Made by a program: the position numbers and the translations under genes. A model generated the notes under the pieces. That model was not told the DNA's origin. It did not search any database and saw only the letters and a program-made list of their open reading frames with translations. Positions 36,700-50,366 of a stretch of DNA of 64,000 bases are shown here, piece by piece; the stretch's first letter is position 1; every line of letters starts with the position of its first letter. The DNA is from Nemertoderma westbladi (taxonomy: Eukaryota; Animalia; Xenacoelomorpha). The stretch covers positions 1 to 64,000 of the forward strand of contig JAUCBJ010003987.1 in assembly GCA_032718475.1 (NCBI GenBank), written 5' to 3'.

Positions 36700-37900
36700 G
36701 TTACAGTTTTAATTGATTCAGGGGCTAATCTTTCACTAATGAGCAGGGTTTACTTTTATTCAAGCAGTTGTTTTGTGGTCGAATTCCCTTAGCATAACTG
36801 AAAAAACAAATTGACTGTAGCTAATTGGACTAAACATTGGATAATTTGTCACTGCTACCACAGTTCAGGATCAGACACTAAACATGAAACTATCACTGTT
36901 AGCATAGCACCAGATCTTGCCATTAATTGCCTCATTGGGCAGGATTTCCTGCGCACCTTTTCTGAGATTGAACTTTATATATGAGGACATGTATATTGTA
37001 TAAGCAGTATAAGCAGCCCATTTAAGAGCAGCTACCAGGAACTTTAGAATCCGAGTAAAAGGATTCTAACAGCAACTCACGCTTCACAAAAGCTTGGTGA
37101 GGGTCAATGTAAAGCTATTAATTCACACAGCTTTGATAATGACCTTGTGGATTACTATCAGGACTTCTGTGCTGCAGAATTTTCTGATTGACATATATCT
37201 GATATCTGATCCACATCTGACACCAGAATGTAATAGCAGTAACCACCATATCTACCTCAGTAGGCATATATGAATAATACCACTAACTCTCTACCAGTCT
37301 TTCTCCGTCAGTGCATGGCCTACTAAGCCTTTGTCTTAAGAATACAAGCTGCTCAAGTGAGCAAGAAAGTTTTCATTTGAGTTTCAGGAACAAGTGCATA
37401 TAATGATGACAGATTGGTTGGAGCCCCATTGATTGAGGAAAATAATAAATGAATACACTTGATCATGCACCATATTATTTGGGAGATGTTCTTTTTACTG
37501 CATGGCAGTGAGTGCACATTCTTCTCAAGCAGTGGTAAAGCCTCTACTTCAGGCCACATGATTTAGGTTCGTGGGTAATTTCTAAATATCAATTATTTTT
37601 CATCAAGTGGAACCATTTTTTTAGGCCACAGTTAAAAAAGTATTTTAAGGAACACACTATTGCTTGATGAATGTTGGTGAACCGATGAGAGTGGCACCTG
37701 ATTTCAAAGAAACAGTGGTTTTGGTCAAAGAGCTTGTCTCCCCGCAACTGTTTCGAATCCTGGATGGGAATTTTCTATAAATGCACAGCTCCATTGTCCA
37801 ATGGAATCACTGAATCACAACAGTGACTTCGAACTACTCACTTCAACAATATGATAAACTTTACCAGAAGCATGATTACCAGCCTATTGTTCGGTGATTT
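36700..37900 (+). mobile_element. Highly degraded LTR-retrotransposon pol relic (aspartic protease, Ty3/Gypsy-like)
   Basis: VLIDSGANLSLMS at ~36706 and CLIGQDFL at ~36928; the downstream extent is uncertain. Confidence 0.55.
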
Positions 37901-38156
37901 GCTAGTGACAATGTAGCTCAACCATTGACTTCAACTGCAGTTTTCATTTACAGGGAGGGTGCAGTAGGTTATTGACTGACTGGCGAATACCAGTAATCAG
38001 TTAGTAATATTAGTACAGTGATTACTGCTATTACAAGTATAAATATATAATACAAGTATAATGTAATGTAAGAAGTATAGGGTTTAATCCTACCTAGTAC
38101 TGTACTTGGTAATTCAATTGATTTTCAATTGATTGCTTAAATTTGATCACAATTAA

Positions 38157-40599
38157 CCCGCCTATACCCGGTTTTGTTTTGCCACATAGACACCCGCTTT
38201 GGGTCAATTTGACCCATACCTACAAAAAACGACTTTGTAGGGGAAATAATCAATTTCCACACTGCCAATATAATTATAGGGTTAAAATATAGTACAAGTG
38301 ATTGTACAGAGTTATATATCGATTACCAATATCATGTTATCGATTGTTATCAATATCATGTTATCAATAGTATGTTCGGACTCTAGGTGCAACTAGTGCA
38401 ATACGTTGATACACGTGAATGTACGTCGCAGATGAAGTGTGCACAGTTGTCGCATTTTCGTGAATACTTTGTAGACCCAGACTTTTGTGGGCACCTGTAG
38501 CATCTCCCACGTTTGGGAACTTTGGGTGCTGAAACACTGGAGCCCACCAAGGATGTACTGAGCTGCTGCTCTCGCTGGGCTATAGTACGAGGTGCCTCAG
38601 CAATATGACGGGATAGGGTACGAGACGTCATACTGATCTTCATAAGACCCTGAGATACCTCTGTTAGGTAATTGAACCTCGCCCGATTAGTGCGACGGGT
38701 TGTTGGGAAGAGAGTGTAATACACCACAAACCCGGCAACTGCAGCGACATCAACTACCACCATGAAGACCCGCATGGGCCAGCGGCGGGTGGCCCTGCGT
38801 GCTGTGAAATGACCCACCATCGCATCCATCACATCAACACCACATTTTTGCGCATTATAATCCAAAATCATGCTGGGTTTGTGGGTCGCCTCGGCTGAAA
38901 CTTCCTGATCAAAGTGGGACGATGATAACATCAGCACACACTTGCTTGCCTTTGGTATATACGAAACCAATGTTGCGTCATTGGTGTGGCCGAACAAACT
39001 GGAATGGACTTGTCTTCCCCGTGTGTCAACGAACTCTTGGGGAACCTCCGGCTTGTTACGCCTGACAGTTCCTAGGTAGCTGAGCCGATGCTGCTTCAGT
39101 TCCAATAAAAGTTCCATACTACTAAAGAAGTTGTCTGCGCAAATGTTTCTATTAGTTCCAAATAAAGGCTGCGCCAAGTCCAGGACCACACGCTTAGACT
39201 GTCCCTTTTCTCGTGCTTCATTCGGAAGCCGGCCGCAATAAACTTGGCCATTGTATGGATAGAATGTCTCAGAGTCATATAGCCACCAGAACTTGATGCC
39301 GTACTTCGCTGGCTTTGATGGGATGTATTGCCGGAATGGACACCTACCACGGAATGGTGACAGCATCTCGTCCACAGTCACAGTCGGACCTGGTACATAG
39401 GACGATCGGAGACGGTTTACAAACATGTCCCACACTTCCCGGATTGGGGCCAGTTTGTCAGTAGCTCGCCGTTCTACACGAGTCTCTTTGTTGTCAAAGC
39501 GAAAGTGGCGCAAAATTTCAACGAAACGATTTCGGGACATAGTGGCACTGTAAATGGGCCGGCCATATTCATTGTGGAAGAGTGAACGTACTGGAAGTCG
39601 ATTGTCTCGATGAACTCCTGCAAAGATAAGGATGCCGAGGAAACCATACAGCTCGTCGAGTGTAACGTCAGGGTCAATCGCACTGTTGTTCGTTGCGTCC
39701 AAAACGATCATCAACATTTCATGTGAAATGAAATTGGTAAATGTGTCCAGTGGGGAAGACATATTCTTATCTCTCACATGTTTGGGAATGGACCGACCCT
39801 CACGAATGATATTGATGGATCGAACTTGAGAAGTTGGAAGACATGGCGTCTTGCTCCACTCAATGTTGCCCCTACGTGATACATATAATGTTGCCCCTTC
39901 ACCTTCTCCATTGCTCTCCCCGACTCCTCCGGCATCACTCATCCCGCACTCCTCCACACCATCTCCGGCAGACACATTGCTTCCAGAGTCTTCCACCTCA
40001 CTCTCACCACCATCCAGTTCATCATTGTCATCTATTGCATCACTATCAACTCCATCGCTGTCATCCAGGAACTCATCTTGGGACGGAAAAAGGTACCCAT
40101 AGGCATTCACAGGACGTCTTGTCCGATTAGGATAACGATTCGACATACTAAATGATACCTCCGAAATTTGAGATCTCTGAGAGTGTTTATGTTTATCCAG
40201 TTACCTTTCAGCCTTTCAACTATATGATTAATATCAACATACAATCTCTACCGGTACAGCAGTACACTAAGATTCACTGGAGAAAATTCAAAATTCCCAC
40301 GTTTTTCAAGTTACCAATGGTACATTTCCTACTATGTATAAGCGCTTGTATAAGATAAGGAACAGCATTTACACTATTGGGTCAATTTGACCCACTTTGG
40401 TAAACCACGTGTACAAGGTGTTTAGATGTCTACTGCTAGAACACCATTTCGGTATATGTTATTATATTATAGCTTATGGTTACTAACTAGTAGGGGTAGG
40501 ATGTCACAAGATATTATGACCATCACGCCAGCCTGTACTTCACAGCTGGATTTTTAACAACGAGTTGGGCCAATTTGACCCACATCTGGTAACCGCGGG
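38157..40599 (-). mobile_element. Full-length piggyBac transposon (2443 bp)
   Basis: TTAA at 38153-38156 and 40600-40603. Termini CCCGC.../...GCGGG. Subterminal palindromes GGGTCAATTTGACCC at 38201 and 40379, with a variant at 40567. Confidence 0.93.
38383..40146 (-). CDS. piggyBac transposase, 587 aa, intact
   Basis: Acidic N-terminus; DDD triad motifs TVDEML, ADNFF, GVDVMD; PSKPAKYGIK; RRWP; C-terminal cysteine-rich domain. Confidence 0.95.
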   Translation of the reverse strand: MSNRYPNRTRRPVNAYGYLFPSQDEFLDDSDGVDSDAIDDNDELDGGESEVEDSGSNVSAGDGVEECGMSDAGGVGESNGEGEGATLYVSRRGNIEWSKTPCLPTSQVRSINIIREGRSIPKHVRDKNMSSPLDTFTNFISHEMLMIVLDATNNSAIDPDVTLDELYGFLGILIFAGVHRDNRLPVRSLFHNEYGRPIYSATMSRNRFVEILRHFRFDNKETRVERRATDKLAPIREVWDMFVNRLRSSYVPGPTVTVDEMLSPFRGRCPFRQYIPSKPAKYGIKFWWLYDSETFYPYNGQVYCGRLPNEAREKGQSKRVVLDLAQPLFGTNRNICADNFFSSMELLLELKQHRLSYLGTVRRNKPEVPQEFVDTRGRQVHSSLFGHTNDATLVSYIPKASKCVLMLSSSHFDQEVSAEATHKPSMILDYNAQKCGVDVMDAMVGHFTARRATRRWPMRVFMVVVDVAAVAGFVVYYTLFPTTRRTNRARFNYLTEVSQGLMKISMTSRTLSRHIAEAPRTIAQREQQLSTSLVGSSVSAPKVPKRGRCYRCPQKSGSTKYSRKCDNCAHFICDVHSRVSTYCTSCT

Positions 40600-43479
40600 T
40601 TAAGTGTACAGTAAGTGATTATGTAGTGAAAATTGCCAGGCTTATGTTAAATCAATGGGTAAGTAATTGGGGCGAGCCAAAACCAAGGTAACCTTTAGCA
40701 TTAGGGTTATCTTCTATCATCATGATCTTTTTAACCTAAAGTTAGGAAGCTAAGTCATTCTGAAATTTATGTTATTGTTCCAAAACCTAATTTTGCGAAC
40801 TTTTGTTCCAATGGGTTGCGTACTTTATTCCAATAATTATGAACTTTGTTCCAATAGTTACGAACTTTGTTCCAATAGTTGCGAACTTTGTTCCAATGAA
40901 CCCCACCCCCATTGCTTTTTTATGACTAACATAAGAATACCGGCATAACAACAAAATAATACGATTAAGAACCGAATATACACAAACTTTTCGTCCTGGT
41001 CACGTTATATTTCATTATCAGACGGGTCGATGGGTGAATTCTGAAAGTTTGTAAATTGCTTGAGGCTGATGGCATCTTTATTTATTAAGATGAGACAGTG
41101 CTACGACTATACAGTTGCAGAGTGATATTGCCCCAGGTTGATTTCTGTTTGTTTATCTGGCCCATTAGCACAGTCCAATTACAGTAGCCAATTCCTTATC
41201 TTTCTAAAAAAAGTACCTGACTGCCAAAATTTTACTATATATCACCTCTACCTCAATAAATACTCAATAGTATACTTTCCATCCGGGAGGTTAGAAGGGC
41301 CCATGGATGTGTTCCTATTGTAATAATAAATTTATAATAAAATAATTTAATATGGATTAATAAATAATATGTGTTAGAGATATTGTGATGAAATGTTAAT
41401 TAAATATTTGCCAAATATTTCCAAACTGGATAAAACTATTGAATTAATTTTCCATTATCTCGTATGTATCCCTGTTGTCTCATCATAAACATTCTGTAGG
41501 AAAGAACATTTATTATCGAATTTCTTTGTACAGATTAAACAACAATAACTAACGTAATACACTTTCTTTACTGTATGGCTATATTTAATATACTTCAATA
41601 TAATATAGGCCTATGAATTCTATTATATTCCAACTACAAAGACACACAAAGTATGGTTGTCTACTGGTTTTAGATACGTTGGAAGTATCATAATAATAAT
41701 TAATATTATTATCCTTTATGCTTTATGGCACTACCTCATAAACTTCACTCATTGACTTTCCATCCTGGTGCTGTATAGTGCGTAGCGTACAAAGAAGTTA
41801 TGGATTTTGGATAGTGAGTGATAGTGAGAGTCCGATGTTTTCCCCAATTCTGACGAACTGATCTGATACCTGTCAATCAATCATACAGATAATCAATCAG
41901 CTTGGCTACTATCCACCCAGTGGTACCGGAATCAACCGCGGTTCAATATCCTCCGCAGGTATGCCTGCTCGCTCATCAGTCCCATAATGTCATTACTGTA
42001 ACGCCGAAGGGTATCAGGTGATTATTGATTGCATGCACATCTGGATTTTCAGTTAATTTCAATGTATGTTTTTTATACCAATAAGACTGGTGGTTAGGGC
42101 AAAAAGGTGCAATTTTTTATGGTTTTTCTAAGCCAGCTTTGATCCATGTAATTTACACCGCGTTTTAGTAATTATTATAATATTTTCACTGGGGAACCAC
42201 TCGCGCTGCCCTGACAATCGCCAGGCCTACTACCAATGTATCTGTGGTTTTATTCAAAGCTATAAACCATGCAGCGTGTGTAAGGACCATCAAAGAATAT
42301 GTGCAATATAATAAAATAATATATAAATACGATATATCTACAATGCAACATCTGCAGTGGACCGATGAGATGGACACAATAATGATTATGTATATCAATA
42401 ACATGTCATTTCAACACAAACCACACTCAACAGGGACACACACGCACAAGTATTAATATAAACATGGACCTCAGATGTTAAAAATATTGAGAAAAATGAT
42501 CGGGGTTCAAGGTCAACATGACACAAGTATCTGAGTGGTGGCGTGACAACGTGCGTCCGGTTTTTTACGTGACCCCAGCACCCAGATTGTGACGCACTGT
42601 ATAATTAAATTAAACTTTTTTTATAATATTTGCGAGGATCATATGCTTAAAAGTGTACATTTCAACTTTCTATAAGAACTAGATATGTTTTATTTCCGTA
42701 ATATTGGAAGGGAGGCTGTTCCATAGCCATAGTCCTTGGAAACATAAATATTGCTGTGGGCTGTGGTGCTTCAAGGCATACTGGTGGGATGTAAAATAGG
42801 CCTCGCGAAGCAGCATGCGCGTTGTATGAATGAGCTGATGATAAAGCGATTGCTGAATATGCTGAAAAAGATTAGAAACTAGACTTGAGATGTTGTTAGA
42901 TACATCAACAATAATGTTGAGTACCTGAAATTTGTAAAGTTATTAAAGTGGCAAAATACCAAGGGCTTTGTTATATAGGAATATGTGCAAAGTCAAAATA
43001 TGGCGCATCCGATAGAAAATGCCTGAAGACTTTGAAATGTGTTACAAGTTACAAAAAACAAGCAATTACATATGTAAGATATATATACACATTCCGGTCT
43101 ATACCAACAAAAAACCCGTTAAATTAAAGTAATTATGTACTGTTATAGGCGTAACTAGATACAGTTGGCGTTTGACACTGATTACTTCTTATTGGCATTG
43201 TCCAAAAATGAGCAATTATTACAAAAGTAAGATAACACAATATGGTAGTGACTTAGAAATATAAAGAATTATAATTTCATCTAGCTGAGTAAGGCAGCAA
43301 CAAAGTTAACAGACAGTCCCAGTAGTGCAGTGGTTTCTGGGACTGAGGTCTCCTTTGCCAATCGATCACATGCTGCATCATCTCCACCTGTTCCTGCGAG
43401 TGCCATAGCCGACGCTTACTAGTAGATTATTATGTTAGTTCCTTATTGCGTCGATGGAAACAACTTTAAGAGCATAATC

Positions 43480-43900
43480 TCCTTAGATAGGTAGTACCTT
43501 CACGAGACCAGATAAACTTACAGTGATATTTATTCCTGATTCATTCATATCCATTCTCATTCATCATTGAATATTTTTCTATTGGTTGGGGTTAGATGTT
43601 CATTGAAGAATATCAGTGAGTTCAGTGAGGGCGCCGTTCCTTATTTGACCTCTTGCTCAAAAGAGCGTCTTTATTCTACCTATTAGTGAATTTGCAGATC
43701 AGGAGATTTTACTGGTTGGATTATTGACCCCCCAGCCTATGGCATACCTGGTTCCTGGCGATATACCAGATACTTCTAACAAATGCGCTATCAGTATGTG
43801 TGTCTCTTCAAGCCTCATTTGGTCGACCGATTCTGGAATCCCAGATATAATTAGGTTACCTGATCCATGTCGTTCAAAGTGGAAGCTTGTTCACCAATTA
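43480..43900 (-). mobile_element. Relic of a CR1/L2-type ORF1
   Basis: Minus-strand remnants NLIISGIPES and IFFNEHLTPTNRKIF, interrupted by stops. Confidence 0.45.
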
Positions 43901-45309
43901 TCCCCTGGTTACAAACCTTCTCTTTTAGTGCGGAAACTTCCGATTTTAATAGTATATTCTCTCTTTGCAGAGTAGTAACTAACCGTTTAACTCATTGTGC
44001 TGGTCAGACATAAAGTGCTGGGAATGTCCGATGTTAAGGAGCTTCTGATTTATCGCTTGTACTTTTGCCATTAAACTATTAATAAGGGATAAATCTTATA
44101 AAAGTCATTGCTAAAGTGAGATTTAAGTTGTTTGATGTCTACAGGCAGAGCCCAGAGCAGACTTTGCAGTCACTGCATTGTATTCAATATTGGAGCCCAC
44201 ATCAGCCAGCACACTACTAGGATCGGCATGCTGCATTGCAGCTGCATTTTTAAGAATGCCGGCACAGATTTATCGTTTACAGCGGACCAGTCCGTAGACT
44301 GGAAGCAGCTTCAGGAGTATGTTGTTCTTTCTGACTGCATTCGACTGTAAGACCTACCATAGTCGCTTCGGCATTCTTTGTGGTTCTGGAGACAAATGAT
44401 TATGGAAGACTTGTTACCTGATATCTGGAGTTCGCAACGGGCAAGTTAAGCCTTAAGTTGTCTGCTTGACCAGGCAGAATACGGTTGATCAAGGCCAGTG
44501 TCGTCAGCGTCGGAATTGTCAAGAAATTCTTCTCCATTTCCAGTTTCAAACTCAGCAACAGTTGTGCTGGTGGATTGAGTCATTCCATCAGATGCATATA
44601 ATAGAAATTAACAATCATTAGGCCCAGCTGTATAGATTATGTCAACAGTGCAGGATTGCAGTACGCAGCAGTCCAGTAATGTCAACATATAATATTGATA
44701 TTAGATAATAACATAAGTTTTATACATGACCAGTGGGCCATCAAGCAACTGAACACATTGACTGATGATCAAAACACGAATTTTCAATATTGCAATTTTT
44801 CGAAAGTTTAGGTTAACATACACAGTTCTTGTTTAACAGTAATATGCTGAAATGGAGAGTGACAGAAATTGGTAAAAAAATGAAAAGTCACAATGTGAGT
44901 AGATTCCTTTGGGTCTGAAAGGTTTCGGATCCTTGGTTCGGATCAAGTGTGTTTACGCATCTGATATCTACCTACTCGTCTTAATCAATCTCACTCTGGT
45001 CTCGAACTGGGATTTTGTCATTGATAAATCAAGTTGAAGGTTTGGTATGGATACCAGAGGAGTGTCAATGGAAAGAAAGGATTTGTTGTTGCTATGTATG
45101 TATATTTGCTCTGATAAAATAAAACTATCTAAATTACGTTGAGGATAGCATAAATACTTGACCAACATAACAAATTGTTCAAACACACATCAGGGTCCTT
45201 ATGGAACCAAGAGAGGTAATATTTGATGTAGAATACGTAAACACAGAATGAATCTACACCAATAAATCATGGGTAATGTAATCAATATTGAAAAGTGACT
45301 CTAGTTGCC

Positions 45310-45600
45310 AGATATCTAGTACTTGGCGTTCTTGTAGTGTGAATCCAAGATCTTCACAATTTGTGGCCATCCTCATTGCGTAATCCCATACAATTACATA
45401 TAGGAAAGGCGCCAATGTGTTACCTTGCAGTACGCCAGCCAGGATTGAGAATAATTCAAATTCACCATATGATGAGAGTACCTGCGCTTCTGTGTCACAT
45501 ATAACAATCCAATGCCAGCAACAATTACTTCTGGTATTCCATAAGCTCTTAGTATTTGCAGCATTTTACCTCTATGGATGGAGTTGAATGCTTTCCTTAA
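45310..45600 (-). mobile_element. RTE-type RT fragment
   Basis: KAFNSIHRGKMLQILRAYGIP followed by frameshifted GVLQG..LAP. Confidence 0.8.
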
Positions 45601-46371
45601 GACCACACATGTGGGGCGAGACACGTATGGCGAGCCATCAGCGAACTGATATAATTATACTATGGCCGTTTTTCAAAAGTCTGTGTGTGTGTGTGTGTGT
45701 GTCAGTGTGTGTGTCGGAAGCCATAAATGTCGGAAGCCATAATCGAAGTTAATATCTTCAGCTAAATTGTATGGTTGAGTCATTTTGAACGGTCTCTCCA
45801 TGGAAATTAATTGTTTAGCACCATACGATTAAAGTTATTTTGCACAGAAATTAGATATCTGGAATCCATGTACCCCATTCTATTATAGTTTTTTATTTTT
45901 TCAAGTGATTTGCGTTAATAAATGTATTTTTAATTGATTTAAACATAATTAACTTTGTAAATTCATACGCTGATTCCATTCTCCCCCATAGAGCCTAAGG
46001 CATGGCAAGGGCAGCCGTGCCCAATAATATTTCTTGAAGTTTTACATTAGTAACATTGCAAGCTCAAGTCTTTGACCAAGCCAGTGCCTAGGCTAGTTAG
46101 TACACAAGGACATAGTAGTCCAGTAGAAGGAATAGTGCTCCTTCAATACATCTCAACAGACATCAATTAATTTGCCTGTGCCTACCAACGCGTGCTCCTT
46201 AACATAACATATATTCTTGATTTCCATCACCTCTCACCACAATTATTATTAGTAATTAAAAGTTTCAATTCGGTTTGTCTTTCCGTTATCTGGTTATTCA
46301 GTTATTGCATTATTAATAAATAAATGTTTTAAAATATATCTTACGAAATATGGTTAATCATTAAAACTTGG

Positions 46372-46915
46372 CGCTAACATTCTCGCTATGGGGGTTTTAA
46401 AGAGTGTTGATTACATTTCTGATGTCAGTTTTCACGTTTACATAAATCTAGTCTGTCTGTCTGTCGGTCGTTCTGTCAGTCAGTCTGTCAAAACATAAAA
46501 GAGAATTCAAATTAACTAACATTCTCGCTATGGGGGATTTAAGGGGTGCTGATTTCATTTCTGATGTCAGTTTTCAGGTTTACATAAATCTAGTCTGTCT
46601 GTTTGTCGGTCTTTCTGCCAGTCAGTCAGTCTGTCAAAACTTAAAAAAGAATACAAACTAACCAACATTCTCGTTATGGGGGATTTAATGGGTGCTAATT
46701 TTATTTGAGATGTCGGTTTTCACGTTTAAAAAAATCTAGTCTGTCTGGCTGTCGGTCTTTCTGTCAGTCAGTCTGTGAAAACTTAAGAAAGTATACTAAC
46801 TAACCAACATTCTCGCTATGGGGGTTTTAAGGGTTGCTGATTTCATTTTTGATGTCAGTTTACACGTTTACATAAATCTAGTCTGTCTGTCTGTCGGTCT
46901 TACTGTCAGTCTGTA
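46372..46915. repeat. ~143-bp tandem repeat x4 with (GTCT)n tracts (DINE/HINE-like core repeats)
   Basis: AACATTCTCG(C/T)TATGGGG recurs at ~46376, 46518, 46664 and 46806. Confidence 0.8.
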
Positions 46916-47234
46916 CTACTGTACTGTGGTTGGCATTACGCCATATACCTAACACTAATAATACAGTCTACAATACAGCCTATCTACAGTACAGAATGGA
47001 TTTTTTGCCACGAAGAGCAATAAATGTCATTAATACTATCCACCAGTATACCTTATCCAAGAGCCTTCCAATAAAACATGTATTCCAGCATGACGTCCAC
47101 TGCACGTCTTCGTGCTGTCCATTGTGACGTGCAGTGGACGTCATAGGCTCTAAGGGGTTAAGCAACACGGTCCCTACTTCGCCCTGTCGACACCAAGGCC
47201 ATTTTTCACCAATCCTTTTTTAGAGTTTTTTAAT

Positions 47235-47482
47235 TTTTTTGGTATTGGTGAAAGTTCTACAACATTAGTAGATATGTTTTTTATGATAGCTAGTGTTTTT
47301 TTGCTAGCTAAGTATTTTTTGAAATTATAAAAAATGTGAAAGTCCATGATATTTCAGGTTAAACTGTTGAAGAATATATTAATGACCAAAATAATTTCCA
47401 AAAATTACTAGCTAGTAAAAAATACTAGCTATATATCATAAAAAATCTACTAAGGTTCTAGAACATTCACTAATATAAAAAA
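47235..47482. repeat. Imperfect AT-rich foldback (MITE relic)
   Basis: The arms ~47235-47330 and ~47390-47482 are approximate reverse complements. Confidence 0.55.
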
Positions 47483-47989
47483 GCACTCAAAATCACAAAA
47501 AAATAAAGGTTAAAAACTCATTCGGGACTCTTTTGCTTAAGCAGTCAAAATTGTAGAAAAAATTCCCGAAGTTTGCGACGTTTGCGAAATTCGCGAAGAA
47601 TCCGTCAGTTTCTGTGCCCTAATGGTTTCGTGACGAAACAATAAAATCTTACACACTTAACACACACGAACTAATTTAATGTGTGTACATGAAATCTACG
47701 GAATCAATACACAACACACGCACACTACTGAATTTAAAAATTTATAAAGATTGCAACTTATATTTGGCTACCTTTTAGGCCTAATGGGTGACTAATTTAA
47801 TTATTCACCCCTATATATTTGTAGCCTTTTTAATTTGTGCCTCTAATTGAATCAAACATTAAACTAAAATATATGTCACAATATTGGTCTGTCGGTAGCT
47901 GGTCAAAGAATCTCTCATAAATTTGTTAATTAGTCGCTGCACAGTCATTGAACATTTGAACACGTGCTGCTCGAAGACCCCACAACGTA

Positions 47990-48476
47990 TCAGGATTGCA
48001 TTGAGATTCTTCGACTTAATTCCTTCAATCAGTCTCCGTAGCGCAAGTATCTGAGCTATTGTTGATCTATTTGGTCGAAATCCGTTTTGACTCTTACACA
48101 CGGTAGTTCTTTATGTGAGGCTTAATTCTATATTGAATAATTTTGTTGTCACAACAGATCCCACGATAGTTTGTTGGTATACCGAAGTCTCCTTTTCTTG
48201 GCTTTAGTTGACTTTTTGTCCAAATTGGTGGTGGCTCCATAATATCCTGTTTTACAATACCTCGGCAGGGATTTCATCTAATCCACTGGCTTTATTATTG
48301 GACATGCTGTTAATGTTTCTCTGGAGTTCGGCAGGTGTGAAGTCCCCTGTTTCTATAGGTAGTGTCTTGTCATATATTTTCCTTGTAGGGCTGACCTCGA
48401 TGTTTGGTGGTTGCCCAAGCAAGTTGCTGAAGTGATCTTTCCATTTCCCAACACGTTCTTCATTACCAGTATACAA
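47990..48476 (-). mobile_element. RTE-type RT N-terminal fragment
   Basis: WKDHFSNLLG, NNKASGLDEIPAEV, NYRGI, QNGFRPNRSTIAQILALRRLIEG. Confidence 0.85.
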
Positions 48477-50229
48477 AGTAATCTAAATTGATTTAATTTT
48501 GTCTCAGAGAGGAAGAGCAATTCGAATATAAATCAAGAGGTTACCATAGATTACAATATTATTGAATTATTTTTTCTACTGTACCAGCGTTAAATCTGAA
48601 ATGTTCGAGTGCCAAATTTACTCGCCATTGTGTTAAATGTTCCATGTTCAGAGAATATTAACAATTGCTTACATACACTAACACAAGCTTACATCGGGAA
48701 TGTAAGCTACTGCGGAGCGTTATGGAAAAACGGGGAATAAATTCTTGAGTAATAAGTTGTTTGGTAGTAATATCGCAGGTTCTATTCCAAAATGATCTGC
48801 TGCGGGACCAGAATAGAACATGTGGTATACAGGGTTGTAGAGTCACTTTATACAAGGGTTGAGCTGTGAAGTATGTATGCTTCATATTATATAAAATTCA
48901 CAAATATATTTGCAAATTTGTTGCTAAATAAATGTAAAATGTAAATAAAGCTTTCAATATTTCTTTAAATATTCTTGTCTTTCAATATTGCTTTCAGATG
49001 ATAGATAGATACTGCCATAAAGTGGCGATATTTTGTACAGAATATCCTTGTGGATTAGGATTAACTATAAATATTTCAGCATAACGGCCAAAGTCTATCA
49101 TGGATGGATAGTTTCAGATAACTAAACACCGTTAATTAATATGTCATGCCGACGTAATAATCAAGTTTTAGATAGACACTTCTGTAACCAGGGGAACAAA
49201 AATTAGATAAACTCTCTGTAATCGAGTTGAGAGATTTTTACTTAAGTAAAATGCATATAACTCATGAAAAAATGAACCATAACCCTGTAATGTTACTAAT
49301 ATATTGCTTAATCTCTCAATTTCCAAGTTGACTTTGTATCACAATAAAGTTATATTATGACGTACAGTACATGCAGTTTAACAACCATGAGATAAAAATC
49401 AATCAATACAGAAGGGGTAGACAAATGAATTTTGAATGTTGTCAAATATGATGGTTTGGAATCCTTTAGATTGTAGTCCTCCCTAATTGTATAGTATTGA
49501 ATTATTCTGCAAAGAAAAATATAAATATATGCCTATATATATGATGTACAGTTTTTTTTTTTCAATATAAATATTAAATTATTAGCAAGAATCTGAATTT
49601 ATAGGCAATAATTATTGTAGATTTTCTGGCACCATAGACAATAAATATATTTTTGTTGGAAATATAAATGGTAATAAACGAAATCTAACAATTTTTGGTA
49701 AAGTCTTATTTCACTGGTGCCTGTAATCCGTAACATCGATTGTTTTCAAATTATTAATAAATATTTAAATATTTTATTCCAAAATTGTAACATTACTCAA
49801 TGCCGTTAGAAATAGCAACGAGTTGTTATTTAGCACTTTACAACTTTGTATTGGATTACAGCATTGTATTGGCCTGTACATTTAGTATTGTATTTGGTGT
49901 TAGTAGTTTAGTAATGTCCCGTTAGAGGACATTACTTAACGCTGTCTTTGGATACCACGTAAACAATAGGTGGTATTTGCCTGACAGCCAGATAGGCCTA
50001 CTGCATTACCTAACGGTAGGCAGGGTAGAGCTATTAATAACCAGTAGCTATAAACTATTAGCATGGCTCCAAACACCACCATAAATATAAGCTAACTTAT
50101 TTATAACATAATTTATGTCATTTTTACATTTATTTATACAGTCAACTAATATAATTTATGTAGTTTCTATCACTTATAATGTATATGTACAATCATTTCG
50201 TAATGTTAAAATTTTGGAATAAAACTGCA

Positions 50230-50366
50230 TACATACTTGTTGCAAAGTACTTTACAGTGTTCTGATCCTCGTGGCTTTATTTTCACTCACTCACTAACGT
50301 TCGTTCGTGTAATAAAGCCACTCGGATCTTCACACTGTAAAGTGCTACTTTACACACAAGTATGTA
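50230..50366. repeat. ~135-bp palindromic hairpin (MITE-like)
   Basis: tacatacttgt..tttacagtgt..gtggctttatt pairs with aataaagccac..acactgtaaag..acaagtatgta. Confidence 0.65.
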
